64,000 nucleotides of DNA from Eledone cirrhosa (taxonomy: Eukaryota): NCBI GenBank assembly GCA_964016885.1, contig OZ024741.1, positions 2,232,001-2,296,000 on the forward strand. Reading direction: 5' to 3'. The notes under the pieces were generated by a model, which saw nothing but the letters and a program-made list of their open reading frames with translations, had not been told where the DNA came from and did no database searches. Positions 28,838-41,522 of this stretch are shown piece after piece (position 1 is the stretch's first letter; each line of letters opens with the position of its first letter). Both the position numbers and the translations under genes were made by a program.

Positions 28838-29135
28838 TTGATGATGTTGATGATGATGATGACACGATGTTAGCAACAGAGAGAGAGTGATGACACTATG
28901 TTGTTTCTGTTGGTGCTAGCGATGTTATTGTTGTAGTTGTTATATTGGTGTGTTGTTGTGATATTAACTCTATAACAATTGTAATAAGGAATATATGGAA
29001 GTGGAGATATAACAACAGTAATATATATAATATAGATATAATAGATACGAGTAACAGCAATGAAGTGTTTTCCTGTGAGAGACTACATCGTTAGACACAC
29101 ATCTAGAATGGCTGCTAACAGATATAACATGACAG

Positions 29136-29285
29136 ACATCACCATCTTCCACCACTAATGCGTGGAATAATGATGGCTTTAGTGCCATGCCTCCTCCCGT
29201 CCTTCTTGTTGGTGATCTTGTTGTTGTTGTTGTAGTTGTTGTAGGTTCTGTGGTCCTCATAGTGGCCCTCAAGAAACCAACCAAG
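29136..29285 (+). CDS. Candidate 150-bp exon encoding a Ser/Thr stalk, hydrophobic helix and KKPTK
   Basis: cag|ACATCA...ACCAAG|gtacga is open for 50 codons. The acceptor is weak, and the hydrophobic run coincides with (GTT)n. Confidence 0.25.
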
Positions 29286-30058
29286 GTACGACAGGCAGGA
29301 CAGCCTGTCAGTTTCCACAAGCCGCCAGCCTGACAGTCAGCCTGACTGTCAGCCAGTATAGAAAACCTTACAGTACGTTACCAGCCAGATTACCAGCTAC
29401 AAAAGCCTACCAACCAGTCAGTCAACCAGCCAACACACCAGCCAACTAGCTACATTAATCAGCCTGTCAGGGAGCTAGCCAGCCAACACACCACCCCCCA
29501 ACAAACCATCCAGCCAACACACTACCCAGCCAACCAACCATCCCGCCATCACACCAACCCACCATCTCGCCATCCCGCCAACATACTATGTCTGTGTGTC
29601 AGCTCCTCCAGCACTGATAACTCTTCATCCCACCCCCTCTTCGTTGTTCAGTTCAACGTACTATAACGGGCATCCCCCCACCCCAGGGTCGCACCCACTC
29701 ACGCACTGCCTCATTCATTCAGTCACCCACTCATTCATTCACACACATCCACACACACACGCTCACACACACATCCACATACACACACACACACACTCGT
29801 GCGTTCATTTGCTTTTTTCTTCCTCTCTCCTCACTTTTTATCTCTTTTCCTCCAGTTTACTCGTTTAATGGAGGTTGGTTTACTGTACACCTCACATAGA
29901 CACACATACACCTTCTCTCAGACACACACACATACACGTGCACACACACATATAAACGTGCACACACACATACACGTGCACACACACGTATACACATATA
30001 TATATATATACGTATAGCCTGGAGTCAGTAATATATATATATATATACATATACACAC

Positions 30059-30098
<40 letters not shown>

Positions 30099-30604
30099 GT
30101 GTATATATATATATATATTACTGTTTTCAGGCCACACTAGGGGGGAGGGGTCACCGCCTTAAGTATTTAATCAATCATATCGATCCCTGTATTAATAATA
30201 ATGAAATTATTGTGAAACGTTAGGTCGTAGGATATAATGAGGCATAAAACATAAAACCTTCAGCATAAACACACATGTATATTATATATATATATATAGA
30301 GAGAGGGGGGGGGGGTAACAGAGAACCAGAGGGCGAGAGAGAGGGGGAGATGTGTTCAATCTACTACATCTACCACAGTCAACTGAGAGCTTCAATGGAA
30401 GCTACTAAAGTGTCATGTAGTACGATTGAATCCGAAACCACGTGGTTACAAAGCAAATTGCATGACCATACAGCTATGCTGGTGCCTACAGACACACGTG
30501 TATGTGTGTGTTGTGTACGTGTGTACGTGTGTGTGTTTCCAGGGAAAGAGAGAAAGTGTGATAAAGAAGAGAAAGAGAGAAAGTGTGATAAAGAAGAGAG
30601 AGAG

Positions 30605-30730
30605 TTGGTTCCAGTCCTAGACTGGTATTTTTTCATTGAAATGAAAGCCAAAGTTAACCTCGACAGGTTTTGAACTCAGAGATGAATCTGCAAAGTTTTC
30701 ATGCCGACATTCTAACAACTCTGCCAAGTT
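30605..30730 (-). mobile_element. Degenerate SINE of the CTTTGCCTTTCATCC...GTACCAGT family
   Basis: ATGAAAGCCAAAGTTAACCTCG..TTTGAACTCAGA matches the reverse complement of 37585-37712. Confidence 0.7.
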
Positions 30731-30790
30731 AATATACGAAAATAGATATATATTGGAGTGGGTTGTTACTCCATTTGGTACTTCTTTCAT

Positions 30791-31358
30791 ACACGAGGGG
30801 TTGGTATGTAGCTACGACCCTTCACACACGAGGGGTTGGTATGTAGTTACGACCCTTCACACACGAGGGGTTGGTATGTAGTTACGACCCTTCACACACG
30901 AGGGGTTGGTATGTAGTTACGACCCTTCACACACGAGGGGTTGGTATGTAGCTACGACCCTTCACACACAGCGGGTTGGTATCTAGTTACGACCCTTCGC
31001 ACACAAGGGGTTGGTATGTAGTTATGACCCTTCGCACACGAGGGGTTGGTATGTAGTTACGACCCTTCACACACGAGGGGTCGGTATGTAGCTACGACCC
31101 TTCACACACAAGGGGTTGGTATCTAGTTACGACCCTTGACACACGAGGGGTTGGTATGTAGCTACGACCCTTCACACATGAGGGGTGGGTATGTAGTTAC
31201 GACCCTTCACACACGAGGGGTTGGTATGTAGCTACGACCCTTCACACGCGAGGGGTTGGTATGTAGTTACGACCCTTCACACACGAGGAGTTGGTATGTA
31301 GTTACGACCCTTCACACATGAGGGGTTGGTAAACCTCAGGTGAAGGATCGTAGCTATA
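30791..31358. repeat. 35-bp minisatellite CACACGAGGGGTTGGTATGTAG(T/C)TACGACCCTTCA, about 15 copies, ending in an inverted partial unit
   Basis: 35-bp period. GTGAAGGATCGTAGCTA at 31340 is nearly the reverse complement of TAGCTACGACCCTTCAC. Confidence 0.95.
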
Positions 31359-31384
31359 TATCTTGTGTGTGTGTGTGTGTGTAT

Positions 31385-34300
31385 GCTACTGTCACTCTGT
31401 GTGTGTGTGTGCTACTGTGACCCTGTGTGTGTATGATACTATCACTGTGTGTGTGTGTATGTTACTATCACTGTGTGTGTATGCTACTATCACTGTGTGT
31501 ATGCTACTATCACTGTGTGTGTGTGTGTATGCTACTATCACTGTGTATGTGTAAGCTACTATCACTGTGTGTGTATGTGTATGCTACTATCACTGTATGT
31601 GTGTGTTACTATCACTGTGTATGTGTATGCTACTATCACTGTGTATGTGTATGCTACTATCACTGTGTATGTGTATGCTACTATCACTGTGTGTGTATGC
31701 TACTATCACTGTGTATGTGTATGCTACTATCACTGTGTATGTGTATGCTACTATCACTGTGTATGTGTATGCTACTATCACTGTGTGTGTGTGCTACTAT
31801 CACTGTGTGTGTGTGCTACTATCACTGTGTGTGTATATGCTACTATCACTGTGTATGTGTATGCTACTATCACTGTGTGTGTGTGTTACTTTCACTGTGT
31901 GTGTGTATGCTACTATCACTGTGTATGTGTGCTACTATCACTGTGTATGTGTGTGTTACTATCACTGTGTATGTGTATGCTACTATCACTGTGTATGTGT
32001 ATGCTACTATCACTGTGTGTGTGTATGCTACTATCACTGTGTGTGTGTGCTACTATCACTGTGTGTGTGTATGCTACTATCACTGTGTGTGTGTGCTACT
32101 ATCACTGTGTGTGTGTGCTACTATCACTGTGTGTGTGTATGCTACTATCACTGTGTGTGTGTATGCTACTATCACTGTGTGTGTGTATGCTACTATCACT
32201 GTGTGTGTGTATGCTACTATCACCGTGTGTGTGTATGCTACTATCACTGTGTGTGTGTATGCTACTATCACCGTGTGTGTGTGCTACTATCACTGTGTGT
32301 GTGTATGCTACTATCACTGTGTGTGTATGCTACTATCACTGTGTGTGTGTATGCTACTATCACTGTGTGTGTATGCTACTATCACTGTGTGTGTGTATGC
32401 TACTATCACTGTGTGTGTGTATGCTACTATCACTGTGTGTGTATGCTACTATCACTGTGTGTGTGTATGCTACTATCACTGTGTGTGTATGCTACTATCA
32501 CTGTGTGTGTGTATGCTACTATCACTGTGTATGTGTGCTACTATCACTGTGTGTGTGTATGCTACTATCACTGTGTATGTGTGTGCTACTATCACTGTGT
32601 GTGTGTATGCTACTATCACTGTGTGTGTGTATGCTACTATCACTGTGTGTGTGTGCTACTATCACTGTGTGTGTGTATGCTACTATCACTGTGTATGTGT
32701 GCTACTATCACTGTGTGTGTGTATGCTACTATCACTGTGTATGTGTATGCTACTATCACTGTGTATGTGTGCTACTATCACTGTGTGTGTGTATGCTACT
32801 ATCACTGTGTATGTGTGTGCTACTATCACTGTGTGTGTGTATGCTACTATCACTGTGTGTGTGTATGCTACTATCACTGTGTGTGTGTGCTACTATCACT
32901 GTGTGTGTGTATGCTACTATCACTGTGTATGTGTGCTACTATCACTGTGTGTGTGTATGCTACTATCACTGTGTGTGTGTATGCTACTATCACCGTGTGT
33001 GTGTGCTACTATCACTGTGTGTGTGTATGCTACTATCACTGTGTGTGTATGCTACTATCACTGTGTGTGTGTATGCTACTATCACTGTGTGTGTATGCTA
33101 CTATCACTGTGTGTGTGTATGCTACTATCACTGTGTGTGTGTATGCTACTATCACTGTGTGTGTGTATGCTACTATCACTGTGTGTGTATGCTACTATCA
33201 CTGTGTGTGTGTATGCTACTATCACTGTGTGTGTATGCTACTATCACTGTGTGTGTGTATGCTACTATCACTGTGTGTGTATGCTACTATCACTGTGTAT
33301 GTGTGTGCTACTATCACTGTGTGTGTGTATGCTACTATCACTGTGTGTGTGTATGCTACTATCACTGTGTGTGTGTGCTACTATCACTGTGTGTGTGTAT
33401 GCTACTATCACTGTGTATGTGTGCTACTATCACTGTGTGTGTGTATGCTACTATCACTGTGTATGTGTATGCTACTATCACTGTGTATGTGTGCTACTAT
33501 CACTGTGTGTGTGTATGCTACTATCACTGTGTATGTGTGTGCTACTATCACTGTGTGTGTGTATGCTACTATCACTGTGTGTGTGTATGCTACTATCACT
33601 GTGTGTGTGTGCTACTATCACTGTGTGTGTGTATGCTACTATCACTGTGTATGTGTGCTACTATCACTGTGTGTGTGTATGCTACTATCACTGTGTGTGT
33701 GTATGCTACTATCACTGTGTATGTGTGCTACTATCACTGTGTGTGTGTATGCTACTATCACTGTGTATGTGTGCTACTATCACTGTGTGTGTGTATGCTA
33801 CTATCACTGTGTGTGTGTGCTACTATCACTGTGTGTGTGTATGCTACTATCACTGTGTATGTGTGCTACTATCACTGTGTGTGTGTATGCTACTATCACT
33901 GTGTGTGTGTGCTACTATCACTGTGTGTGTGTATGCTACTATCACTGTGTGTGTGTGCTACTATCACTGTGTGTGTGTATGCTACTATCACTGTGTATGT
34001 GAGCTACTATCACTGTGTGTGTGTATGCTACTATCACTGTGTGTGTATGCTACTATCACTGTGTGTGTATGCTACTATCACTGTGTATGTGTGCTACTAT
34101 CACTGTGTATGTGTGCTACTATCACTGTGTGTGTGTATGCTACTATCACTGTGTGTGTATGCTACTATCACTGTGTGTGTATGCTACTATCACTGTGTAT
34201 GTGTGCTACTATCACTGTGTGTGTGTATGCTACTATCACTGTGTGTGTGTATGCTACTATCACTGTGTATGTGTGCTACTATCACTGTGTATGTGTGCTA

Positions 34301-34760
34301 CTATCACTGTGTGTGTGTATGCTACTATCACTGTGTATGTGTGCTACTATCACTGTGTGTGTGTATGCTACTATCACTGTGTGTGTATGCTACTATCACT
34401 GTGTGTGTATGCTACTATCACTGTGTGTGTGTATGCTACTATCACTGTGTATGTGTGTGCTACTATCACTGTGTGTGTGTATGCTACTATCACTGTGTGT
34501 GTGTATGCTACTATCACTGTGTGTGTGTATGCTACTATCACTGTGTGTGTGTGCTACTATCACTGTGTGTGTGTATGCTACTATCACTGTGTGTGTGTGC
34601 TACTATCACTGTGTATGCGTATGCTACTATCACTGTGTGTGTATGCTACTATCACTGTGTGTGTGTATGCTACTATCACTGTGTGTGTATTCTACTATCA
34701 CTGTGTGTGTGTATGCTACTATCACTGTATGTGTATGCTACTCTCACTGTGTGTGTGTGT
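31385..34760. repeat. 20/22-bp minisatellite GCTACTATCACT(GT)nAT, about 155 copies
   Basis: Direct periodicity; source of the 800-1100 aa CVCYYH pseudo-ORFs. Confidence 0.99.
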
Positions 34761-35182
34761 GAAACCCTAAACAACGACGGCATAAATTCATTGACTGTTT
34801 TCCAACATACATACACGTACACACATACTAATTCAAACACACACACACATATATAAATATATAAATATATATACATATACATATATATACACACATCTAT
34901 ACATACATGTGTGTGTAAAAATGAGAGAAGAACGAACTGAATACAATAGTATATTCATTCATTCTGATGTTACACTGTTACTGCTGTGGACTTCCTGTTT
35001 CTCCCCCTCTCTCTCCCGCCCTCTCTCTCCCTCTTTCCCTCTCTTCTCTCTTCACCCACACACATATACATATGTGTGTGCGTGTGTATGATTTTACTTT
35101 TACTTCTACTCTTTCTCTCTATCTACCTACCTATCTATCTAAAATAAAGAAATAAAGAAATAAAGAAATATATCTCTCTATA

Positions 35183-35430
35183 TCAGCCTGTAGGTTGAGG
35201 AAAAAGAGGAGAGGAAAGGGGTACAAACCCTTCGTAATCCTGGAGATGAATGTTGCACATTTTTTGGGGGGTATGTGTTACCCGTATGTAATGTCTCCCC
35301 CTATTGGGGAAAATCGATTAACTTTTAAATTGTATTTGTGATAATATTTTACACGTTTTTATTGTATGTAAACTTCCCCCCTTTGTATTTGTCCCCTTCT
35401 TGTGTGCCCCTGTGGCTAATAAAGAAACAT
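35183..35430 (+). mobile_element. 3' UTR fragment of a Tx1-like element related to 18669-21022
   Basis: CAGCCTGTAG...GTTGCAC...CCCCCTTTGTATTTGTCC...AATAAAGAAA matches the reverse complement of 18669-18908. Followed by (TATC)n. Confidence 0.8.
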
Positions 35431-35918
35431 ATCTATCTATCTATCTTCCTACCTATCTACCTCTCTCTCTATCTATCTATCTACCTCTCTATCTACCTCT
35501 CTCTATCTATCTATCTCCTTCTCCTTTTTTTAATTCTTTCTTACACTTCCTTCTTAGAACTTTCTTCTATTACTTTCCCTCTCATTCCTAGAAACACTTC
35601 TCTTTCTTTTCTCTCACTCTAACTCCTCCCTACTATATACCCTTCCTATCAAACTTACCTTCTCCTACTACTCCTCCTCCTCCTTTCTATCACATTTTAA
35701 GGTATTCCATACTTATTATTTTCTATCTGGTGTGTGTGTGTGTGTGTGGAAGACGACGTAGCAGAGTCGTTTCAAGGTCCTATAGAATGCTTGGCTGGGT
35801 TCGTTTCGGTTCTGAGGTCAATTTTGTCTTCTCAGCTTTCAATGCCAATAAAGTTCAGGCTTGGTATTGTGATCCAGTCTCTCTCTCCTCTTTGCCATGT
35901 GACCCCTCTCTTACACAT

Positions 35919-35978
<60 letters not shown>

Positions 35979-35980
35979 AT

Positions 35981-36097
35981 GTAAAAGGTAAACAGAAATA
36001 ACAACACAATTAGTACAGTACATGGAAGGGATATATTAGGTTAACGCTTGATATAGCAGGAAGAGGGTCTTAACGTTTCGGATGCTAGTCCTTATCG
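35981..36097 (-). mobile_element. Second copy of the 21043-21212 Penelope-like fragment, truncated at the ribozyme core
   Basis: AAAAGGTAAACAGAAATAACAACACAAT...GGTCTTAACGTTTCGGA is shared with 21044-21143. Confidence 0.8.
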
Positions 36098-36129
36098 AGT
36101 CTTGAGAAGCATTTTAACGTATTTTAACA

Positions 36130-36480
36130 TTGAATCCCTTCATTTTGAACAGTGTTGGAGTATATTTAGGTCCCTGCACCAAACTGGAATTAGGGCTTAT
36201 CTAACTATGAAAGACAACTCCTGACCAAAGCTATGGAACTAATATGGTACAAATATGGATTGAAATAGAAAAGCTGGAATCAAGAACCCTGGAAAAAAGT
36301 CATTTTCGGTGATGACCGTATTTCTTCCTCCAAGGACTGTGACGCCAGCAAGTTCGGAGGTTACCCAATGAAAGTCTCTGCAATGCTCACATCGTCCACA
36401 GCTTAAAACACCTTCAAATGTAGATGTTTCGGGATAGTTTAGCATTGGTTGTTTGCTTGCACCCTATCGGGTGTGTAATG
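36130..36480 (+). pseudogene. Highly degraded Tc1/mariner transposase remnant
   Basis: TGGAAAAAAGTCATTTTCGGTGATGAC encodes WKKVIFGDD, resembling the Tc1 WxxVxFSDE motif. Confidence 0.4.
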
Positions 36481-36849
36481 AGCTCATTAAAATATATCGT
36501 AGTTTTTCCAAAACTCAAAATATGGTTTCCCACTGAATCTGGGTTTTTTCAATAGATTTCGGGCCCTCGTTAAACATTGAAACAAATAAAAGATGTTTTC
36601 CATGTTAATGAAAGGAAAATATTAGCCTGGAAACTCTCATCATCTAAACACCATTGTTGTTGTCTATTTACATGAATTTGTGGAATTGGATTGAAGCCCT
36701 AAGTCTAGTACTGGGATCCCACAACCATCCAACTGTCGTTGTACATCTGTTGCAGTTATATCTGCACATATATATTTCTACATCTATACGTGTGTATATG
36801 CAGTCCATGTATATATGTGTACATGTACGTACGTATGTATGTATGTATG

Positions 36850-37335
36850 TTATCTCTTTCTCTTAATTTCGAGTATATTTTTTTGACCGGCCACCTTCCT
36901 GGTGGCAAGGTTGTAAAAGAAAAGAAATTGTTTTGCAAATTTTGAAGGTGCCAGCTATTGCAGCCATTTGTAGACTATGAATTAGGGAGCTGCGCTTTTT
37001 GTCCGCAAATCTAAGTTTAGTCATACTTTGGTCCAAGCGGGTTGGTATATAACCCGTAGCTCCAATAATGATGGGTATGAAGCTAAAGGTGTATCTTGGA
37101 TACTGGATTTGTAAACTCCTCATCAATGGTCTGTAGATGTCCTCCTTCTCCTGTATTTTTCTGGCAACGTTTACATCAAGTGGGCAGCTGATCTCCACAA
37201 CAGAACACGTTTTCAATGTGTGGTCCCAAACAACAATTTCAGGCCGGTTGTGCTTTAATTTGGTGGCAGTTTTTATTTTCAGGTTCCACCCAGTATTCCT
37301 TAGTGCCATCTGTCTCAATATATTCTTCCTCGTTT
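36850..37335 (-). mobile_element. 3' fragment of a restriction-like endonuclease (RLE) non-LTR retrotransposon, R4-like, flanked by (TATG)n on both sides
   Basis: HNRPEIVVWD...VVEISCPLD...KEDIYRPL...IPIIIGATG is a PD-(D/E)xK RLE domain. Confidence 0.85.
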
Positions 37336-37414
37336 GTATGTATGTATGTATGTATGTATGTATGTATGTATGTATGTATGTATGTATGTATGTATGTATG
37401 TATGTATGTATGTA

Positions 37415-37509
37415 CTATTCCCAGTGAATGTTTTGGTTGCCAACTCTGTGCAAGACATTTTAGATCAATGGCTGGGCTAAAAAGCCACATTCGATCGCAG
37501 CGCTGTTAA
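37415..37509 (+). mobile_element. RTE-like C-terminal zinc-finger fragment
   Basis: [20 protein letters not shown], homologous to CSVCTRVFKSLAGLKSH at about 40965-41015. Confidence 0.55.
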
Positions 37510-37584
37510 TTGCTATCGTGTGTGTGTGTGTGTAGATATGTTTATGTGTGTGCGTGTGTGTGTGTATATATATATGTATATTAC

Positions 37585-37784
37585 GGCCCATGCCATTCTG
37601 AGTTCGAATCTCGCCGAGGTTAACTTTGCCTTTCATCCTTACGGGGTTGATAAAATGAAGTACCAGTAATACACTGGATAATTGCTGGCCTTGTGCCAAA
37701 AAGTAGAAACAATTATTATTGTTGTTGTTGTCGATTTTTGTTGTTATTATTATAATTATTATTATTATTATTATTATTATTATT
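37585..37784 (+). mobile_element. SINE with (TTA)n tail, abundant family with a Meta-domain-like core
   Basis: B-box GAGTTCGAATC plus CTTTGCCTTTCATCCTTACGGGGTTGATAAAATGAAGTACCAGT. Further copies near 35760, 43250, 44550, 44680, 45460, 50540, 52005, 53660, 57355, 57480, 59200, 59710 and 62345. The family name comes from recollection of MetaSINE consensus. Confidence 0.8.
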
Positions 37785-37785
37785 G

Positions 37786-38852
37786 TTCTTTGAGTCTCAG
37801 TCATTGATGTTAGTTAACTGGAAAGTTTGTTGAAATGAATATCAAGCCACTACCTGCAGCCTCATATATTCAGGACGCATCGGAGGGTTCTTGCTGTTCC
37901 CAGCAAGCATGCCTTTTGAAGCGTTCCAAAAAGCGTGGCGGAGCCAATTTTCTTTAACCATCCCTGGAAACTTTTTGAGATAGTACCTAGTGCGCCTATG
38001 ACAATAGGGACCACTTTGACTACATGGCAGTTCCAAATCCTTTTTACCTCCCACTTTAAGTCCTGGTATCGGTTAATTTTCTCCCTCTCCTTTTCTTGCA
38101 CTCTCGTGTCGAATGGGCAGGCCACATCCACAATCAGGCACGATCTTTTTTCTTTGTCCACAACCACCAGGTCAGGTCTATTGTGTTCCAGTTTCTTGTC
38201 CGTCTGTATCCTAAAATCCCACAGCACCTTCACCTGATCGTTTTCTATCACCGACTCTGGCTTATGCTCATACCACTTCTCAGAATGTGGTAAATTGTTT
38301 ACTTTGCATAGGTACCAGTGGATCACCCTGCCCATCACATCATGTCTCCAGCCCTTATAGTGAGTCTGGGCTAGGTGTTTACACTCGGATACAATGTGAG
38401 CTACAGTCTCCTCTCTCCACAGATCCTGCACAGTGGGCTAGCCTCCTCCTTGTAAATATGGTGTTTCAACCACTTCGTTTTGAGGGCCTGCTCTTGCGCA
38501 GCCATTAACATTCCTTCTGTAGCCTTTTTAAGGTCTCCTCTTTTCAACCAGTTCCATGTCTGTGGATCTCTGAATTCAGTTTTCTCAAAAGAGGTACTAT
38601 GAAGGGATTTTTCATGAAGGCTGCTCTTTCTCCTTGTTGTTATTTCCTCCTTGGACATCCCCTGGTCTATTGTCCTCTCCTTCAGTACAATTCTGAGCAT
38701 TGGCTCCTTACTATCAGTCACGTATTTGTGTAGGTTGTTTTCCTCCATCTGAACACAGTCCTCTATGCTGATAAGACCTCTTCCACCTTCAGAACTCCTT
38801 AAGTAGAGTCTATCGACATCACTCCTCTTGTGGAACATGTTGTAGATAGTCA
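37786..38852 (-). mobile_element. R4/Dong-clade non-LTR retrotransposon, 5'-truncated copy A
   Basis: RSSEGGRGL, CRICGE..ETVAHIVSEC (CCHC) and HNRPDLVVVD..IVDVACP (RLE). Frameshift near 38415. (TAA)n on both sides, the known Dong target. Confidence 0.92.
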
Positions 38853-38882
<30 letters not shown>

Positions 38883-38883
<1 letters not shown>

Positions 38884-40285
38884 CTTGAATCTCAGTCATT
38901 GATGTTGGTTAACTGGAAAGTCCGTTGGATTGAATATCAAGCCACTACCTGCAGCCTCAGATATTCAGGACGTATCGGAGGGTTCTTGCTGTTCCAAGCA
39001 AGCATGCCTTTTGAAGCGTTCCAAAAAGCGTGAAGGGGCCGATTTTCTTTAACCATCCCTGGAAACCTTTGGAGATAGTCCCCAGTGCGCCTATGACAAT
39101 CGGGATCACTTTGACTTCATGGCAGTTCCAAATCCTTTTCACCTCCCACTTTAGGTCCTGGTATCGGTTAACTTTCTCCCTCTCCTTCTCTTGCACTCTC
39201 GTGTCGAACGGGCAGGCCACATCCACAATCAGGCACGATCTTTTTTCTTTGTCCACAACCACCAGGTCAGGTCTATTGTGTTCCAGTTTTTTGTCCGTCT
39301 GTATCCTAAAATCCCACAGCACCTTCACCTGACTGTTCTCCATCACCGCCTCTGGCCTATGCTCATACCATTTCTCAGAATGTGGTAGATTGTTTACTTT
39401 GCACAGGTGCCAGTGGATCACCCTGCCCATCACATCGTGTCTCCAGCCCTTATAGTGGGTCTGGGCTAGGTGTTTACACTCGGACACAATGTGAGCCACA
39501 GTCTCCTCTCTCTCTCCACAGATCCTGCACAGTGGGCTAGCCTCCTCCTTGTAGATATGGTGCTTCAACCACTTCGTTTTGAGGGCCTGCTCCTGCGTAG
39601 CCATTAGCATTCCTTCTGTAGCCTTTTTGAGGTCTCCTCTTCTCAACCAGTTCCATGTCTGTGGATCTCTAAATTCAGTTTTCTCAAAGAAGGTACTATG
39701 AAGGGATTTTCCCTACAGGCTGCTCTTCCTCCTTGATGTTATTTCCTCCTTGGATATCCCCTGGCCTACTGTCCCCTCCTTCAGTACAGCTCTGAGCATT
39801 GGCTCCTTACTATAGGTCACGTATTTGTATAGGTTGTTTTTCTCCATCTGAACACAGTCCTCTATGCTGATAAGACCTCTTCCACCCTCAGATCTCCTTA
39901 GGTAGAGTCTATCGACATCACTCCTCTTGTGGAACATGTTGTAGATAGTCAATATCTTCCTAGTCTTCCTATCCATTTCTTTTTGTTCAGCAACATTCCA
40001 TCTCAGAATTCCCGCACTGTACCTAATAATAGACACAGCTCGGGAATTTACTGCGCTTATGGCATTTCTGCTGTTCAGATGTGACTTCAATACGCTCCTT
40101 ACTCTCCGAATGTATTCAGTTCTTAACAATTCCTTCATTTTTTTTGTTCTTTATGCCATCAGCCTCCAGAACGCCCAAATACTTGTATCCTTCCTCAGAG
40201 TCAATTTCCTTTATCATCTCACCTGTTGGTATCTGGATCCCGTTACTTCTGCTCAACCTACCCCTCTTCATCACAATGACTCCAC
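38883..40285 (-). mobile_element. R4/Dong-clade non-LTR retrotransposon, 5'-truncated copy B
   Basis: YKYLGVLE, then the same domains as copy A. Stop at 39713. Flanked by (TAA)n. Confidence 0.92.
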
Positions 40286-40302
40286 TATTATTATTATTAT
40301 TA

Positions 40303-40357
<55 letters not shown>

Positions 40358-40506
40358 GGGTCTTTTTCTCGTGCAATGGCCATACACGATAGCAAGGGGA
40401 CAGCCATTATCTATGTATGCATGTATGTATGTATGTATGTATGTATGTATGTATGTATGTATGTATGTATGTATGTATGTATGTATGTATGTATGTATGT
40501 ATGTAT

Positions 40507-41144
40507 TACTAGTAACATGTATCCCAGTACAACCTGTCTCATGGTCGGGTAGTTGGCGACTAAACTGGCAACCCCACCAAGGTTTCTTGGTGAGGAGGGT
40601 GACTTTGGACATCCTGCAGGACTAAAAACAAAACCTGTCAAAGGGCAAAGGAGCTCTTAAGAGTCAATGGCCATCCAAAATCACCGGGAGAGATGACCCC
40701 TTAGCCTTTGTCAAGGCAGAATTCTAGGAGAAGGAAAACTCTGATATAACACCTGCAACCCTGATTGTATCCAATGATGTTGACTTGTTCTTCTTTTTGG
40801 TAAATATCATCTTGGTTAAGAGAGTGGGACTGGCTTTGTGCAGTGCCTTTGCTCACTATAAAAGCTTCACGGCACAGGCATTGCTTTATATCTGGAGATC
40901 TCTCTGCACTTGTCATCACATGGTACCATGGGCCCAGCACTATGTGTCAATAATTGTCACAGGTGTAGTGTTTGTACCAGAGTTTTCAAGTCGCTGGCTG
41001 GACTAAAAAGTCACACTTGTTCAGTGCATCAGTAGGGGTCTCCTACATGGATATAAAGTAGTGGCCGTACTCGAAAACGAGTTGGCAGCCACTATGTATG
41101 TATGTATGTATGTATGTATGTATGTATGTATGTATGTATGTATG

Positions 41145-41173
<29 letters not shown>
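40507..41173 (+). mobile_element. Short internally deleted RTE-like element with (TATG)n tail
   Basis: Non-coding 5' part joined to a zinc-finger 3' end and GTGGCCGTACTCGAAAACGAGTTGGCAGCCAC-(TATG)n. A related 3' stub lies at 40370-40412. Confidence 0.6.
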
Positions 41174-41175
<2 letters not shown>

Positions 41176-41522
41176 TTTCACAAAGTTTTACCAATAGAGA
41201 GAAAGTCGGTTTCTAACATAGACACAAGACTCTCTCATTGGAATTTACACAACATCAACTAGGTAGATATGTATGTATGTCTGCATGCATGCATGTGTAG
41301 ATATGGATGTTATTGTATGTGTGGTTGTGTATGTTTTGAGTTGCATGTGTGCATGTGTATATGCTTTGTATCTGTACATGTGTATATGCAGTTATTAGAT
41401 GCAACATTTTTGGAATGTTTTACATATTTTTACTGTTCCATTAATGGATTGTACTTGTAATTTCCTACCTAGTTGTGTTCTTTCTGTTCCTGTGAAGCCT
41501 AGCTTCTCAAGATTTGTATTGG

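Noticed and set aside
30791-31330. CRISPR-like 35-bp hairpin repeats (the 46-mer array was also considered)
   Set aside because: No unique spacers, no cas genes, eukaryotic context.
31427-34856. 800-1135 aa Cys-rich ORFs
   Set aside because: Translation of a stop-free 20/22-bp minisatellite, open in all three frames.
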